From assembly GCF_006345805.1 (NCBI RefSeq), contig NC_043000.1, positions 19,344,001 to 19,408,000 on the forward strand: a stretch of 64,000 nt of DNA. The letters run 5' to 3'. The DNA comes from Octopus sinensis (Eukaryota). Of the stretch, positions 1 through 12,704 are shown one piece after another (positions within the stretch are counted from its first letter, which is position 1; each line of letters opens with the position of its first letter). Under the pieces are notes generated by a model. The model was not told the DNA's origin. It saw nothing but the letters and a program-made list of their open reading frames with translations, and made no database searches. Both the position numbers and the translations under genes were made by a program.

Positions 1-78
1 GCTCGACTAAAAGGCGGTGCTCCAGCATGGCCGCAGTCAAATGACTGAAACAAGTAAAAGCGTAAAAGAGTAAAAGAG
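1..78 (+). mobile_element. SINE-B 3' end (cut by window edge)
   Basis: cgactaaaaggcggtgctccagcatggccgcagtcaaatgactgaaacaag followed by a (gtaaaaga)n tail, as in other SINE-B copies. Confidence 0.85.
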
Positions 79-346
79 TAATATACTCAAAGAAAAATTA
101 AAACAAAACACGCGGGTGAAAAGAATCTCGAAGCGTGGAAAATCAACACAGAACAACGTGTGGCACAAATACGGGTGAAGTGAAACACAACACAGCGTGC
201 GGTTGTCATGGTAACAAGCTGCTAATGCCACGCTGTCTGTTGATTGGCTAAAATTGTCCAAATTTCCCAACTTTAATTCCAAATAACCTCAGAATCTTAA
301 ATTTACGAGATAAAGTAATTGGTTGATCGTAATCAAAAGTCAGAGT

Positions 347-761
347 TACTCTTTTACTCTTTTACTTGTTTCAGTCATTTGACTGCGGCCATGCTGGAGC
401 ACCGCCTTTAGTCGAACAAATCGACCCCGGGACTTATTCTTTGTAACCCAGTAATTATCTTATCGGTCTCTTTTACCGAACCGCTAGATGACGGGGACGA
501 AACACACCAGCATCGGTTGTCAAGCAATGCTAGGGACAAACCAGACACACAACACACACACACACACCCACACACACACACACACATAATATATTATATA
601 TATATATATATACATATATACGACAGGCTTCTCAGTTTCCGTCTACCAAATCCACTCACAGGGCATTGGTCAGCCCGGGCTATAGCAGAAGACACTTGCC
701 CAAGATGCCACGCAGGGACTGAACCCGGAACCATGTGGTTGGTAAGCAAGCTACTTACCAC
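347..761 (-). mobile_element. SINE-B copy (tRNA-like head, CORE-like motif, internal CA/TA microsatellite, 8-bp tail repeats)
   Basis: Colinear with copies at 20.5, 26.0, 27.6, 28.8 and 38.9 kb. Confidence 0.9.
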
Positions 762-1030
762 TGCATCGATACACCAAAATTGAAAGCAATCTGAGCAAAC
801 TTAAAGGGGACTCGTTTTGCGAATGAAAGTAATTAGATCCTGTGTATATTGTATGTGTTTGTAAATGTTTATATGTGTCCCTCTATGTATGTAAGACATA
901 TACATACAATCGTACAGATACAAACATATATGTACGTGTCGGTGTAAATACATCAATACATGCATCGTCTGTTTTTCCGTCATTGTTTTTGTATACATTC
1001 AATGCTTTCTTCCAAAGAATCTAATGCTGT

Positions 1031-1235
1031 TAGCTTAGTTTTTCCTTGGGGCTGGCCAGATTGGAGCAATCTCAAGATTAATCAGTCGAAATTCCGAGGA
1101 TGATCCGGTTCTTGACTGAGGATAGAAAGCTTCGAATGACCTGTCCTTGTTTTTTTGTATCGTCTATCCGGATGTTTTGTTGTCCTTTTTTGTATCACCT
1201 AGTTGTCCGGATGTTTTGCGTTCTTGTCCCATTTT
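1031..1235 (+). mobile_element. Dispersed repeat, probable Penelope-like terminus; second copy at 46628-46800
   Basis: ~170 bp shared with 46.6 kb (agcttagtttttcc...gttcttgactgarga...cttcgaatg); ends in (TA)n. Confidence 0.5.
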
Positions 1236-1236
1236 G

Positions 1237-1242
<6 letters not shown>

Positions 1243-1291
<49 letters not shown>

Positions 1292-1310
1292 ATATATATA
1301 ATATATATAG

Positions 1311-1341
<31 letters not shown>

Positions 1342-1345
1342 TACA
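1243..1345. repeat. (TA)n microsatellite
   Basis: Direct reading. Confidence 0.95.
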
Positions 1346-1400
1346 TATGGGCTATATTAAATCTCTGAGCGAGATCTAAACAGTAGAATCGTAACATATC

Positions 1401-1830
1401 ATTGCCAACCATTGCCAATCATTGCTACTGACATTTATAGTCCCAGGAAGACCTCTCCTCCAGCTGGGTAACGGCACACATCCTGTGTCCGATTAGTATT
1501 TGCGAGGGTAGGTCATCGCTCCCAGACCTAGTCTTACGGGATACACACTGACTCGAGTTTCTGGATGGTTAGCCGTTCTCAGTGTGTCTTAAACACCAGC
1601 TAGTGATGAAAATTCACCCAGCTCGCAAAGTACTATATGCTTTTTTCCGGCGACGAACCGTCGCTGATCTCGAAAATGGAGAAATAAGCTATATTAAATC
1701 TCGCAACGCTAGGGATACTAATCGGACACAGAATGTGTGTTGTTAACCAGCTTGAGGAGATGTCTTCCTGGGGCTATAAATGGCAGTAGCACTGTCCCAC
1801 ATAGAACTGCACACTTGGCTGGCAATTATT
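1401..1830. mobile_element. Unclassified element with ~90-bp inverted arms
   Basis: 1421-1506 is the reverse complement of ~1699-1790 (tgctactg.catttatag.cccaggaagac.tctcctc.agctgg.taac...ctgtgtccgattagtat); lies between TA runs. Confidence 0.5.
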
Positions 1831-1837
1831 AATTAAT

Positions 1838-2365
<528 letters not shown>

Positions 2366-2491
2366 GTAGATAAGCACTATGATTTTTTTTATTCAACGTC
2401 ACAATTGAATAATCACACGGATTTACATTCAGAAGCATCTTGCCCGTCTTCTTTGCGAACAGAAACAATTCCATCGTTTCTGTCATCATTA

Positions 2492-2525
<34 letters not shown>

Positions 2526-2742
2526 GGGAACCAGTAGATTCACCCAAATCTATTGTCTCAGAACTCAAGTTTGGGGTGCGTCATGGTTGTAGAGACAACA
2601 AAGCTGTTATATTTTACATGCTTTCCTCCAGGGCCCCATTCTTTCACAGAAACCATAATGACTCATTGAGTCACAACTGTAAGAAGATTTTTCAGTTTAT
2701 TGTTTCAAACCGTTCCTTAATTCTTTGATTTTTATATTTATA

Positions 2743-3127
2743 CTAGCAGTATTGCCCGGCGTTGCTCGGGTTTGTAAGGGAAATAACTATATAAGCATTT
2801 TTAGAGATTTTATAGGCAAAAAATGCATTAAAAAATGGGAAAAAAAATGATGGTAAATTTTTTTTAAATCGTTTGACTCATCGTAGACATTTTTAGAGAG
2901 GTTACTTCCCTTATATAATAGCGAAAAAAATGCATTAAATGGAAAAAATGATGGTAAATTTTTTTAAAAATCGTAGACTCATCGTAGACACGCACTAACA
3001 CCCAGAAGGGCTCGATATGAATCACGACTATAAGATATCCGGTTTTGGTTAAACTGCACCGCAAAATGTGGGAGTAGTTAGGAATCTAAATCGTAGGAGA
3101 CAGACACACAACTTCTCTTTTATATAT
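2743..3127 (-). mobile_element. Non-autonomous Helitron, body type H1
   Basis: On the minus strand ends with hairpin cccgagcaacgccggg + caatactgCTAG|T; colinear with 53809-54204. Confidence 0.8.
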
Positions 3128-3189
3128 TGTTTTGTTTTTGTTTTTCCAGTTTCATCTCTTGAGCTGTGGCCATGCTGGGGCACCGCCAT

Positions 3190-3351
3190 TGTGGTGAAAG
3201 AGTACAGCAGGGATCACCACCCCCTGCCGGAGCCTCGTAGAGCTTTTAGGTGTTTTCGCTCAATAAACACACACAACGCCCAATCTGAGAATCGAAACCG
3301 CGATCCTGCGACCGCGAGTCCGCTGCCCTAACCACTAGGCCATTGCGCCTC
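3190..3351 (-). mobile_element. SINE-A 5' half
   Basis: tRNA-like head (A and B boxes) through to actctttcaccaca; truncated. Confidence 0.85.
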
Positions 3352-3699
3352 TACAGATTTTTTTTTTTATTTGATTTATAATTTTCGCCTTTTCCTGTCG
3401 CAAGTGTTATTTGACATTGTGTACCCTGCCCGGCTCAGCTTGCCTTTTTTCCTTTTGTTTATAGATAAATCGTCTTAAAGGTTCAAGGTTTTACAGTAAG
3501 CAATTGTTTAGAGTTTAAAGGAAAAGTGCGAGCGCATGCGCACGCACAGACACGTACGCAAACGTATGAGTATGTGCATATTTCAGCCTATGAGAATGCG
3601 TTGGAACATACACACATGCGCGCGCAAACACCCATGTATACTCAAATACACACATACAGATAAACACATATATATATATGTACACACATATACAACGTA

Positions 3700-3705
3700 T
3701 ATACA

Positions 3706-3776
<71 letters not shown>

Positions 3777-3938
3777 TATATATGTATGTATGTATGTTGT
3801 ATGTATGTATGTAGATATATGTATAAAACCATAGGTCTGTGCTTTCGTACGTCTATGTATGCAAGCATTCACTGTCATACATACACGTATGTCAAATTAT
3901 ACTTACACTCACATACACAAACACAAATAGATAGGTTT

Positions 3939-4014
<76 letters not shown>

Positions 4015-4086
4015 GGAGAGGGAGAAGGAGACAGTCAGACAGACAAACAGACAGAAGGGTAGATAGATAGATAGATAGATAGATAG
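3700..4086. repeat. Compound TA/TATG/GA/GATA microsatellite
   Basis: Direct reading. Confidence 0.9.
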
Positions 4087-4351
4087 GTTTCTTTATTGGC
4101 CACACAGGGCTGCACACAGATGGGACAAGTTACAAGGTAGAGCTTTTCTTTTGGGGGATGAAAAAAAAACAACAAAAAAAAGGGTGGCGTAGGTTTTCGA
4201 TCAAAAGGGATCGTAAAAGGGAAAAAAGAACAAAAAAAAGAAAAGAAAGAAAAGAAAAAAGGGAAAAGGAACAAAGGAAAAGAAAAATGAAAAAAGAAGA
4301 AAAAAGAGGAAAAATGGGGAAAGAGGAAAAGAAAACGATAGCAGTTCGGTC
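4087..4351 (-). mobile_element. 3' UTR fragment of the Tx1-like LINE, embedded in (GATA)n
   Basis: ctttattggccacacagggctgcacacagatgggacaagttacaaggtagagcttttctttt matches 62381-62445; GATA runs on both sides. Confidence 0.8.
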
Positions 4352-4389
<38 letters not shown>

Positions 4390-5074
4390 CCTTATTTTTC
4401 GGGAGGAGGCATAGTAAGGACGTTCAGTGGATCAAATAGATTGCAATGTATGTGTTCCATTCATCTTGCTCATAGATTTTCTCAAAAATTAGGAGCAATG
4501 CGAAGAGTATACTAGTTGCATTCCTAGTTTACTAAAATTATGAATATGATTTCCATTGATAGATGATGCCTGAGAATTTAGTAGTCTATTTGACAGTGTT
4601 TAAACATATCTATTTCCCAATGCTGTGTGTGTGTGTGTGTGTGAATGCGTGTGTGTGTGTATACACGGATGTACGTATGTATTTATATGATTTATATTGT
4701 GCTTAATTCTTATCAAAGTACTATGCAAGATGCTCTCGGGTCTTGAATCACTTTTATAAAACCGATTAAAAATGAAAGAAAATAATTACTTATGTAGTGA
4801 GTTCTGTTTATTCTGTTTGTTCCACAAAATACGCACACACATACACAGATACATATATACACAAATATATACGCATATAGTGTGTCTGTGTGTGTATCAA
4901 AAAATTAATTATTAGGATCGAATTTTTTCGGCTAAATCTTTACAGTCCAGTGACAGAAACAAGTAAAAGGTGAGATACGATAAGAGACGATAGTGTATGT
5001 GATAAAGCTAACTTTTTGAATTACTAGGATAGTCCATTTGACAAGCTTCACTGCAATAGTTTCGTTTATGTATG

Positions 5075-5127
<53 letters not shown>

Positions 5128-5419
5128 CGTTCAGTTTCCTTGTATGTCTCCACTGTTCTATTTTTGTTCCTAACTTTGACCCTCCATAAATCCTAAGTTA
5201 TATTTTAGAATTTATGGGAGCAGCTGTCTTTGAAGACTCATATTGTCGTTGAATGCTTGAAATGAGCTGTAAATAGACAGTTGACAACTGATGAATGGTT
5301 GTTTCTATGTGTTTATTTGTCAAGTTTTCCATTTTTTTCTCTTGCTGTTTGCGTATTTAACATGTTTGTTTATGTATTTCATGTTCTTTACACAGTTAGG
5401 GACGTCCTGTACCCATATA

Positions 5420-5469
<50 letters not shown>

Positions 5470-5471
<2 letters not shown>

Positions 5472-5550
5472 TTTGAATTTAGTTCACGGACCCCCAATAC
5501 AGCTTTTGCAGACCACCAGGGATCTGTGGATCCCATGTTGGGAACCACTG
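5470..5550 (+). mobile_element. hAT-like MITE end fragment
   Basis: Ends gttgggaaccactg (reverse complement CAGTGGTTCCCAAC), like the TIR at 46237-46404. Confidence 0.4.
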
Positions 5551-6231
5551 CTTTAGCAGCCGTCGAAACTGTGTTGACATTTGGTCGATAATTGATGAAG
5601 GATGGAGCATGTCTGCGTCTATTGCGTGTGTTTTCCTGTTTTCGGTATGTTATTTTGTCGTCCCCTCCTCTACACTATCATTTTTTAATATTAATTCACA
5701 AAGTTTAGATTGAATTGAGGTTTTTGTCAGAAGGGTGAGGGTTGGGGTTAGGTTTAAGGAACATGGAAGCATGTGTTTTCAGAGCGAACTTCTTAACCAT
5801 TGCCATGCCCACTACGCCAAACAATATGCAGTATTTAGTTCAAATATTAATGTATCACATTACATCTTTTCATACATCACAAGTTTGGATAAAATATATC
5901 ACTAATATCATATTAAGAGTTGATTCAATACTGTTTATCTCCACACTGCAAATATGTGACCTTGGAACAATGTGAGAAATCATTATTTTACTGGGTCGTT
6001 TCAGTTCACACACAATCGGATAGAAACAGAGACAGACAGATTGATAGACAGACACAGACAGGCAGACAGGCGGACCGACTGATAGGCTGGCAGACAAACA
6101 GCCATTTAGACACATAGACAGAATTCGGACAGTCAGAAGACGGACAGGTAGACAGACGGACAAGCAGGGAGTGGGTAGATGGTCATACAGTCAAACAGAA
6201 TAGATAGATAGACAGATAGATAGGTAAATAG

Positions 6232-6332
<101 letters not shown>

Positions 6333-6380
6333 CAGACAGACAAATATATACAGACGTATATATGCATATATACAGCATTC

Positions 6381-6595
6381 AAAATGTGACCGCGAGTGTA
6401 CCGTTGGCGATTTTTTCCCCCTGTCTTCCCTTCTCTGGATCTTTCCTTCTCTTATGTTTCCGACGAAGAGCTCCGCTCGGAACGTTAAACCCTCCTTTTT
6501 TCCTTCTTTCTTGAGCGTCCAATAATACTATATTTGTTCCACGTCCTCACGTTGTTGTGTTTTTTGCGTTTTCATGTTTGGATTAACTTTATATA
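6381..6595 (+). mobile_element. Penelope-like 3' terminus with degenerate minimal hammerhead
   Basis: gttt-ccgacga-a-gagc tcc gctc-ggaacgtt-aaac at 6456-6490; ends in ttatatat. Confidence 0.55.
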
Positions 6596-7220
6596 TAGAG
6601 AAACATATACTGTATATAGGCGCTGGTGTGACTCTGTGGTCATGGTTTCGGTTTCTGGGCCATAGTGTGGCACCTTAGGAAAGTGTTTTCTGCTATAGTC
6701 CCAGGCAGACCTCGAAATGTTTTTTTCCCATGAGAGTTCCGGATCCCAGTAATGAATTCATTTGCATACGGCCAATCAGAGCTCACCTTGACCTTGTTGT
6801 CAGAACATTCATGAAAGTGTTTAAAAAAAACAATTTCTTGGTGAAACACACTCTACTAAATAAACTCAAGACGAAGAACGGTGTTGTATGTCGACCGATT
6901 GCCAAGTTATGCCTGATTTTAGAAGGAGACAAGTAATTAGATAGATTTGCATCTATACCCATTATTGGATATTGTCAGGGCCTCATATGGTAAAGATGTG
7001 GATGGGACAAGTGTGGGTAGAGGGTGATGTGCTGGCAACCCTCTCCCCTAACTGTTTTACAAAGTAAACAACAACACAAACAATTACGCAGGGGCAGCCA
7101 TGGTTGAAACGAGAACAAAAACAACACGCATTCTTAAAAGAGAAGAGAAGCATGGTCATTCTTTACCCAAGTGACCTTATCTTTCGCGGGCGGACCAAAG
7201 CTGGAGACTAAAAACGCCAT

Positions 7221-7224
<4 letters not shown>

Positions 7225-7257
<33 letters not shown>

Positions 7258-7641
7258 CGTGCGTCTGTTTATGTGCGCAAGTGTGCGTGTTTTCGTCATG
7301 CGAATATATATACACACATATATATGCATGCATGTATGTATGTATGTATGTATGTATGTATGTATGATGTATGTATGTATGTATGTATGTATGTATGTAT
7401 GTATGCATGTGTGTATGTATGTATATGTGTATGTATGTATGTATGTATGTATGTATGTATGTATGTGTGTATGTATGTGTGTATGTATGTATGTATGTAT
7501 GTATGTGTGTATGTATGTATGTATGTATGTATGTATGTATGTATGTATGTATGTATGTATGTATGTATGTATGTATGTATGTATGTATGTATGTATGTAT
7601 GTATGTATGTATGTATGCATGTGTGTATGTATGTATATGTG

Positions 7642-7675
<34 letters not shown>

Positions 7676-7912
7676 TGTGTGTATGTATGTGTGTATGTAT
7701 GTATGTATGTATGTATGTGTGTGTGTGTATGTATGTATGTATGTATGTATGCATGTATGCATGTATGTATGTATGTATGTTTGTATGTATGTATGTATGT
7801 ATGTATGTATGTATGTATGCATGCATGTATGTATGTATGTATGTGTGTATGTATGTATGTGTGTATGTGTGTATGTATGTATGTATGTGTGTATGTATGT
7901 ATGTATGTATGA

Positions 7913-7943
<31 letters not shown>

Positions 7944-8225
7944 CATGTATGCTTGTATGTATGTATGTATGTATGTATGTATGTATGCATGTATGTATGT
8001 ATGTATGTATGTATGTATGTATGTATGTATGTATGTGTGTATGTATGTATGTATGTATGTATGTATGTATGAATATATGTATGTATGTATGTATGTAATG
8101 TATGTATGTATGCATGTATGTATGTATAAATATATGTATGTATGTATGTATGCATGTATGCATGTATGTATGTATGTATGTATGTATGCATGCATGTATG
8201 TATGTGTGTATGTATGTATTTGTAT
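7225..8225. repeat. ~1-kb (TG)n + (TATG)n array
   Basis: Direct reading; source of the 200-378 aa MYVC/HTYI ORFs. Confidence 0.97.
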
Positions 8226-8503
8226 GCCAGTATATGAGAAGCCAAAAGACAGGCGGAAGGCTAATCTATGGATTGCAGTAAGCGTGGCCAGACAGCAACC
8301 TCTCTGAAATTTGACACCGAAGCTTCTACTTCTCCAAGTATATTAATACTAAAGTCAGGTTTATATTCTTGGTGGCAGACAGCTTGTTTCATTGAACCCA
8401 GTTTTGCACTTAGCAACCTTGTCTTTTCTGATGAATGTCAGAAATGTATAAAAATGAATAGTCACTACATGCGTACCAGTGGTTGTTAAATTTCACTGAA
8501 TAC

Positions 8504-9094
8504 CTATTTCTTTATTACCCACGAGGGGCTAAACACAGAGGGGACAAACAAGGACAGACATAGGTATTAAGTCGATTACATCGACCCCAGTGCGTAACTG
8601 GTACTTAATTTATCGACCCCCGAAAGGATGAAAGGCAAAGTCGACCTCGGCGGAATTTGAGCTCAGAACAAAGAGAGAGACGAAATAACTATTTCTTTAT
8701 TACCCACAAGGGGCTAAACACAGAGGGGACAAACAAGGACAGACATAGGTATTAAGTCGATTACATCGACCCCAGTGCGTAACTGGTACTTTATTTATCG
8801 ACCCTGAAAGGATGAAAGGCAAAGTCGACCTCGGCGGAATTTGAACTCACAACGTAACGCAGACGAAATACCTATTTCTTTATTACCCACAAGGGGCTAA
8901 ACATAGAGGGGACAAACAAGGACAGACATAGGTATTAAGTCGATTACATCGACCCCAGTGCGTAACTGGTACTTTATTTATCGACCCCCCCAAAAGGATG
9001 AAAGGCAAAGTCGACCTCGGCGGAATTTGAACTCACAACGTAACGCAGACGAAATACCGCTAAGCATTTCGCCCGGCGGACTAACGTTTCTGCC
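8504..9094 (-). mobile_element. Head-to-tail trimer of SINE-C1
   Basis: Three ~185-bp units with 3' ends at 8504, 8689 and 8872. Confidence 0.9.
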
Positions 9095-9336
9095 TACTCT
9101 TTTACTCTTTTACATGTTTCAGTCATTTGACTGTGGCCATGCTGAAGCACCGCCTTTAGTCGAGCACTAATTCTTTGGAAGCCCAGTACTTACTCTATCG
9201 GTCTCTTTTGCCGAACTACTAAGTTACAGGGACGTAAGCACACCGGCATCGGTTGTCAAGCGATGTTGGGGGGACAAACACAGACACACAAACCTACACA
9301 CACACAAACACACGCACGCACACATACACACTCACT

Positions 9337-9380
<44 letters not shown>

Positions 9381-9553
9381 CATATATACGACGGGCTTCT
9401 TTCAGTTTCCGTCTACCAAATCCACTCACAAGGCTTTGGTCGGCCCGAGGCTATAGTAGAAGACACTTGCCCAAGGTACTACGCAGTGGGACTGAACTCG
9501 GAACCATGTGGTTCGTAAGCAAGCTACTTACCACACAGCCACTCCTACGCCTA
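9095..9553 (-). mobile_element. SINE-B full length
   Basis: Colinear with the family consensus. Confidence 0.9.
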
Positions 9554-9769
9554 TGCTTGTTTAATTTTTATTTGTTTTCTTCCACTTGTTTCAATCTTTG
9601 GGCTGCGGTCATACTGGAGTGCTACGTTGATGGATTGACTCGAGCATATTGATCCAAGTGCTTATTTTTAATTCTGGTATCTTTATTTTTTTCTTTGTAT
9701 CGAATTCTCCTTTTAACCGAACGCTTAATTACAGGGAAGTAAAGAAACCAATGCCGGTTAACCTGCTTA

Positions 9770-11098
9770 ATTTCATTTTTATCTTCCATTTGTTTAAATC
9801 ATTGTATTGTGGCCATGCCGTAGCACCAAGTTGAAGGGTTGGCTCAAACAAATTGAGCCCTAGAGCTTATTTTTCAATTTTGATTCTTATTATATCGGTT
9901 TGTTTTATATTGAACCGCTTAGTTATGAGGATATAAACAAACCACCATCGTCTGTCGAACAGTGGGATGGAGAACAAATACAAAGATAAACACACACACA
10001 CACAGACATCGCGCGCGCACACACAAATATACGACGAGTTTCTACTCAGTTGCCGTGTCCTAATTCACTCATAAAGCATTGGTCGCTTGGGTCTATTGTA
10101 GAAGATTTGTAGTCTGATCAATAAGTATCCGGACTGTTACCATAGTAACGAAGCTAAAGCATGCAAAGTAAAGCCGATTGATACAGATTGACCTTGAACT
10201 CTGCTCTGCATGTGCAATAAGTTTTAACGTTCTAGCTCATTTCCGCTGTTTACAGCAGTGCTTAGAAGGACGGTGTGTAGCGTGTGACCGTTGCATTGAC
10301 CATACAGAGAAAGTTGAGCAGAGACTCTGCATCAAATTTTGCCAAAAGCTTAGCGATACCTGCTTTGAAAACTTTGCCTACGCAAAGTTTTCAAAATGTT
10401 TTCATCGTTCTCAGCACAATGAAGGAGATCTTGTGCAACCGAGTGTCTTTTTGGTCAGTTGAAAGCAGTTTTGGCACAAACTTGGCAGACAATTGTCTCA
10501 TACACAAATCTTCAGTGATGATGGACTGAACTGAACCGTAACTAATCTGCACATCCTCTGATAACTCACGGATGGTGATTCGATGATTCCCCCACACAGC
10601 TGCACGCACATCTGCAATGTTTTTCTCAGTTCAGCTGGTTGCGAGTATCCCAGAACGTTTGTCACTATCGACATATTTTCGGCCATTTTGGAAATGTCTG
10701 AACCACTCGTACACTTGTGTGCGCATCATACACTTCTCTCCATATACATTCTGCAACCTAGCATAGGCTTCTGAGCAGGTATCACCATGACAAAGATCAC
10801 ACGCTGTGCTACGATCACACGCCGTGCTACGATCACACGCTAGACACGTTCCTTCCAACCACTGCTGTAAATAGGGAAAGGGTGCTAGGACGTTAAAACT
10901 TAATGCGTAGGCACATGAGAGTCCCGGGTCAATCTGTACTAATCGGCTTTACTCTGCGTGCTTTAACTTCGTTACTATGATGACAGTCCGGATACTTGAT
11001 CAGACCTCGTAGACGCCGAACGTGTCACGTAGCAAGACTCAACCGGAAACCATGTGGCGGCAAAGCGAGTTTCTTAACCACACAGCCATACCAGCGCC
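9770..11098 (-). mobile_element. Old, diverged SINE-B interrupted by the mariner
   Basis: SINE-B sequence stops at ~10105 (tattgtagaaga) and resumes at ~11012 (...aaccatgtgg...cacacagccatac). Confidence 0.6.
10112..11009. mobile_element. Fold-back mariner (Tc1/mariner) derivative, dead
   Basis: TA-flanked TIRs ((cgag)gtctgatcaa..gtatccggactg); minus strand encodes a broken transposase N-terminus (RTQVYEWFRHFQNGR...DKRSG; HRITIRELSEDVQISYGSVQSII...SAKFVPKLL); plus arm encodes EQRLCIKFCQKL. Confidence 0.88.
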
Positions 11099-11307
11099 AA
11101 AATTTCAATTTGACGTTATTTTATGAGGCAGAAAGGATTCCATTTTAGGCACATGGAAGTTGTGGCTGCTAAGCATTTCCGAAAAGCATTAGTCGAGGAA
11201 GTAAATCAAAACTTTGGAAACTGGAAATCGAATATCCTGTTCAACTGTTGAGGTACTTTTTCTTCTCGTTTTTTTTTTCCTTTCCACTTGCTGTGTACGG
11301 ATATAGA

Positions 11308-11309
<2 letters not shown>

Positions 11310-11373
<64 letters not shown>

Positions 11374-11375
11374 AA
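11310..11375. repeat. (AAT)n(GAT)n
   Basis: Direct reading. Confidence 0.95.
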
Positions 11376-11384
11376 CTTCTACAA

Positions 11385-11530
11385 TAGGCCAAAAGGTCTT
11401 GAAACTTGGTGGGAGGAGACTAGTCAAGTACAGCAACCCCGGAAGGATGAAAGACAAAGTCGACCTCGGCGGCACTTGAACTCAGAACGTAAAGCTAGAA
11501 GGCATTTCTGCAAACGATTCTGCCAGCTTG
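11385..11530 (-). mobile_element. SINE-C2 (old; C head and core with a different tail)
   Basis: ggatgaaagacaaagtcgacctcggcggcacttgaactcagaacgtaaag. Confidence 0.7.
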
Positions 11531-11876
11531 CAAGCCACGAAACTGAATCACTAACTACAGCCATTAAGGAACAAGCTGTTAGAACGAAAGAATTTGATAA
11601 AAGCAAAGACGTTAAAACTCAGAATGGAAAGGCAGAAGTTTTGAGAAAGGAGACGGAAGTATTCAATGTTTCTTATGTGCCTGCAGTAAGCTAACGCGAA
11701 AAGAATGTAAGTGCAGGCATGACTGCATTCGCGAAAGAGTGCTTTGGGAAATTAACGGAGTGTGTGGATTCAGAATGACAGAGAATTGGTATGAGCACAA
11801 AAATTGGGATGCTGAATATTAATTACATGAGTTTAAGGGATTTCCTTACTACAGTAAGGAGACCAGATACGATTAC

Positions 11877-12178
11877 CCTTTTTACTCTTTTACTTGTTTC
11901 AGTCATTTGACTGCGGCCATGCTGGAGCACCGCCTTTAATCGAGCAACTCGACCCTGGGACTTATTCTTTTGTGAGCCCAGTACTTATTCTATCGGTCTC
12001 TTTTGCCGAACCGCTAAGTAACAGGGACTTAAACACACCAGCATCGGTTGTCAAGCAATGCTAAGGGGACAAACACAGACACACAAACACACACACGCAT
12101 ATATATATATATATATATATACATATATACGACGGGCTTCTTTCAGTTTCCGTCTACCAAATCCACTCACAAGGCTTT
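11877..12178 (-). mobile_element. SINE-B, 5'-truncated
   Basis: Consensus match up to cactcacaaggctttg. Confidence 0.88.
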
Positions 12179-12490
12179 GTAGAGGAAAAATAAAAAAAAA
12201 ACTTGTGAGACCATAGGATGATAGAATAGATCCTTCCAGGATCTAGACACGAGAGATGAAAAAACTGTGGAAGACAAATGTGATAATTGTAGATGGTACA
12301 CTTTGCACCAATGCCCAAACTACTACTTATGAGGCTGAAGAATAATGGAATTGAAACAAGCGTTCTCGAACCGCAGAAAAGTGTCATACTGCATTCTGCA
12401 GGAATCCAAAGGAAGATTCTCGAGATTTGAGACCTGTTGTCACCAAACCTCAAAATAACATCTCTGCAAACCAAAGAAGCATGCAATAAC
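12179..12490 (+). mobile_element. Decayed R4/Dong-like (RLE) LINE 3' fragment
   Basis: Broken frames give KKLWKTNVIIVDG...QKSVILHSAGIQRKILEI*, the C-terminus typical of R4-clade ORFs; followed by (TAG)n. Confidence 0.6.
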
Positions 12491-12494
12491 ATTA

Positions 12495-12517
12495 TAGTAG
12501 TGGAAGTAGTAGTAGTG

Positions 12518-12593
<76 letters not shown>

Positions 12594-12643
12594 TGGTAGT
12601 GGTAGTGGTAGTGGTAGTAGTAGTAGTAGTGGTGGTGGTAGTG

Positions 12644-12685
<42 letters not shown>

Positions 12686-12686
12686 A
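12495..12686. repeat. (TAG)n/(TGG)n microsatellite
   Basis: Direct reading. Confidence 0.95.
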
Positions 12687-12704
12687 TGATTTAAAATTTT
12701 GGCA

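Noticed and set aside
7171-8307. Long ORFs (229-378 aa) on both strands
   Set aside because: Pure translations of (TATG)n, which lacks stop codons; the same applies to all [16 protein letters not shown] and poly-N/D/I/V ORFs
8504-9094. CRISPR-like or regularly spaced array
   Set aside because: Units are SINE sequence without unique spacers; eukaryotic context with no cas genes. The same holds for the 35-kb array
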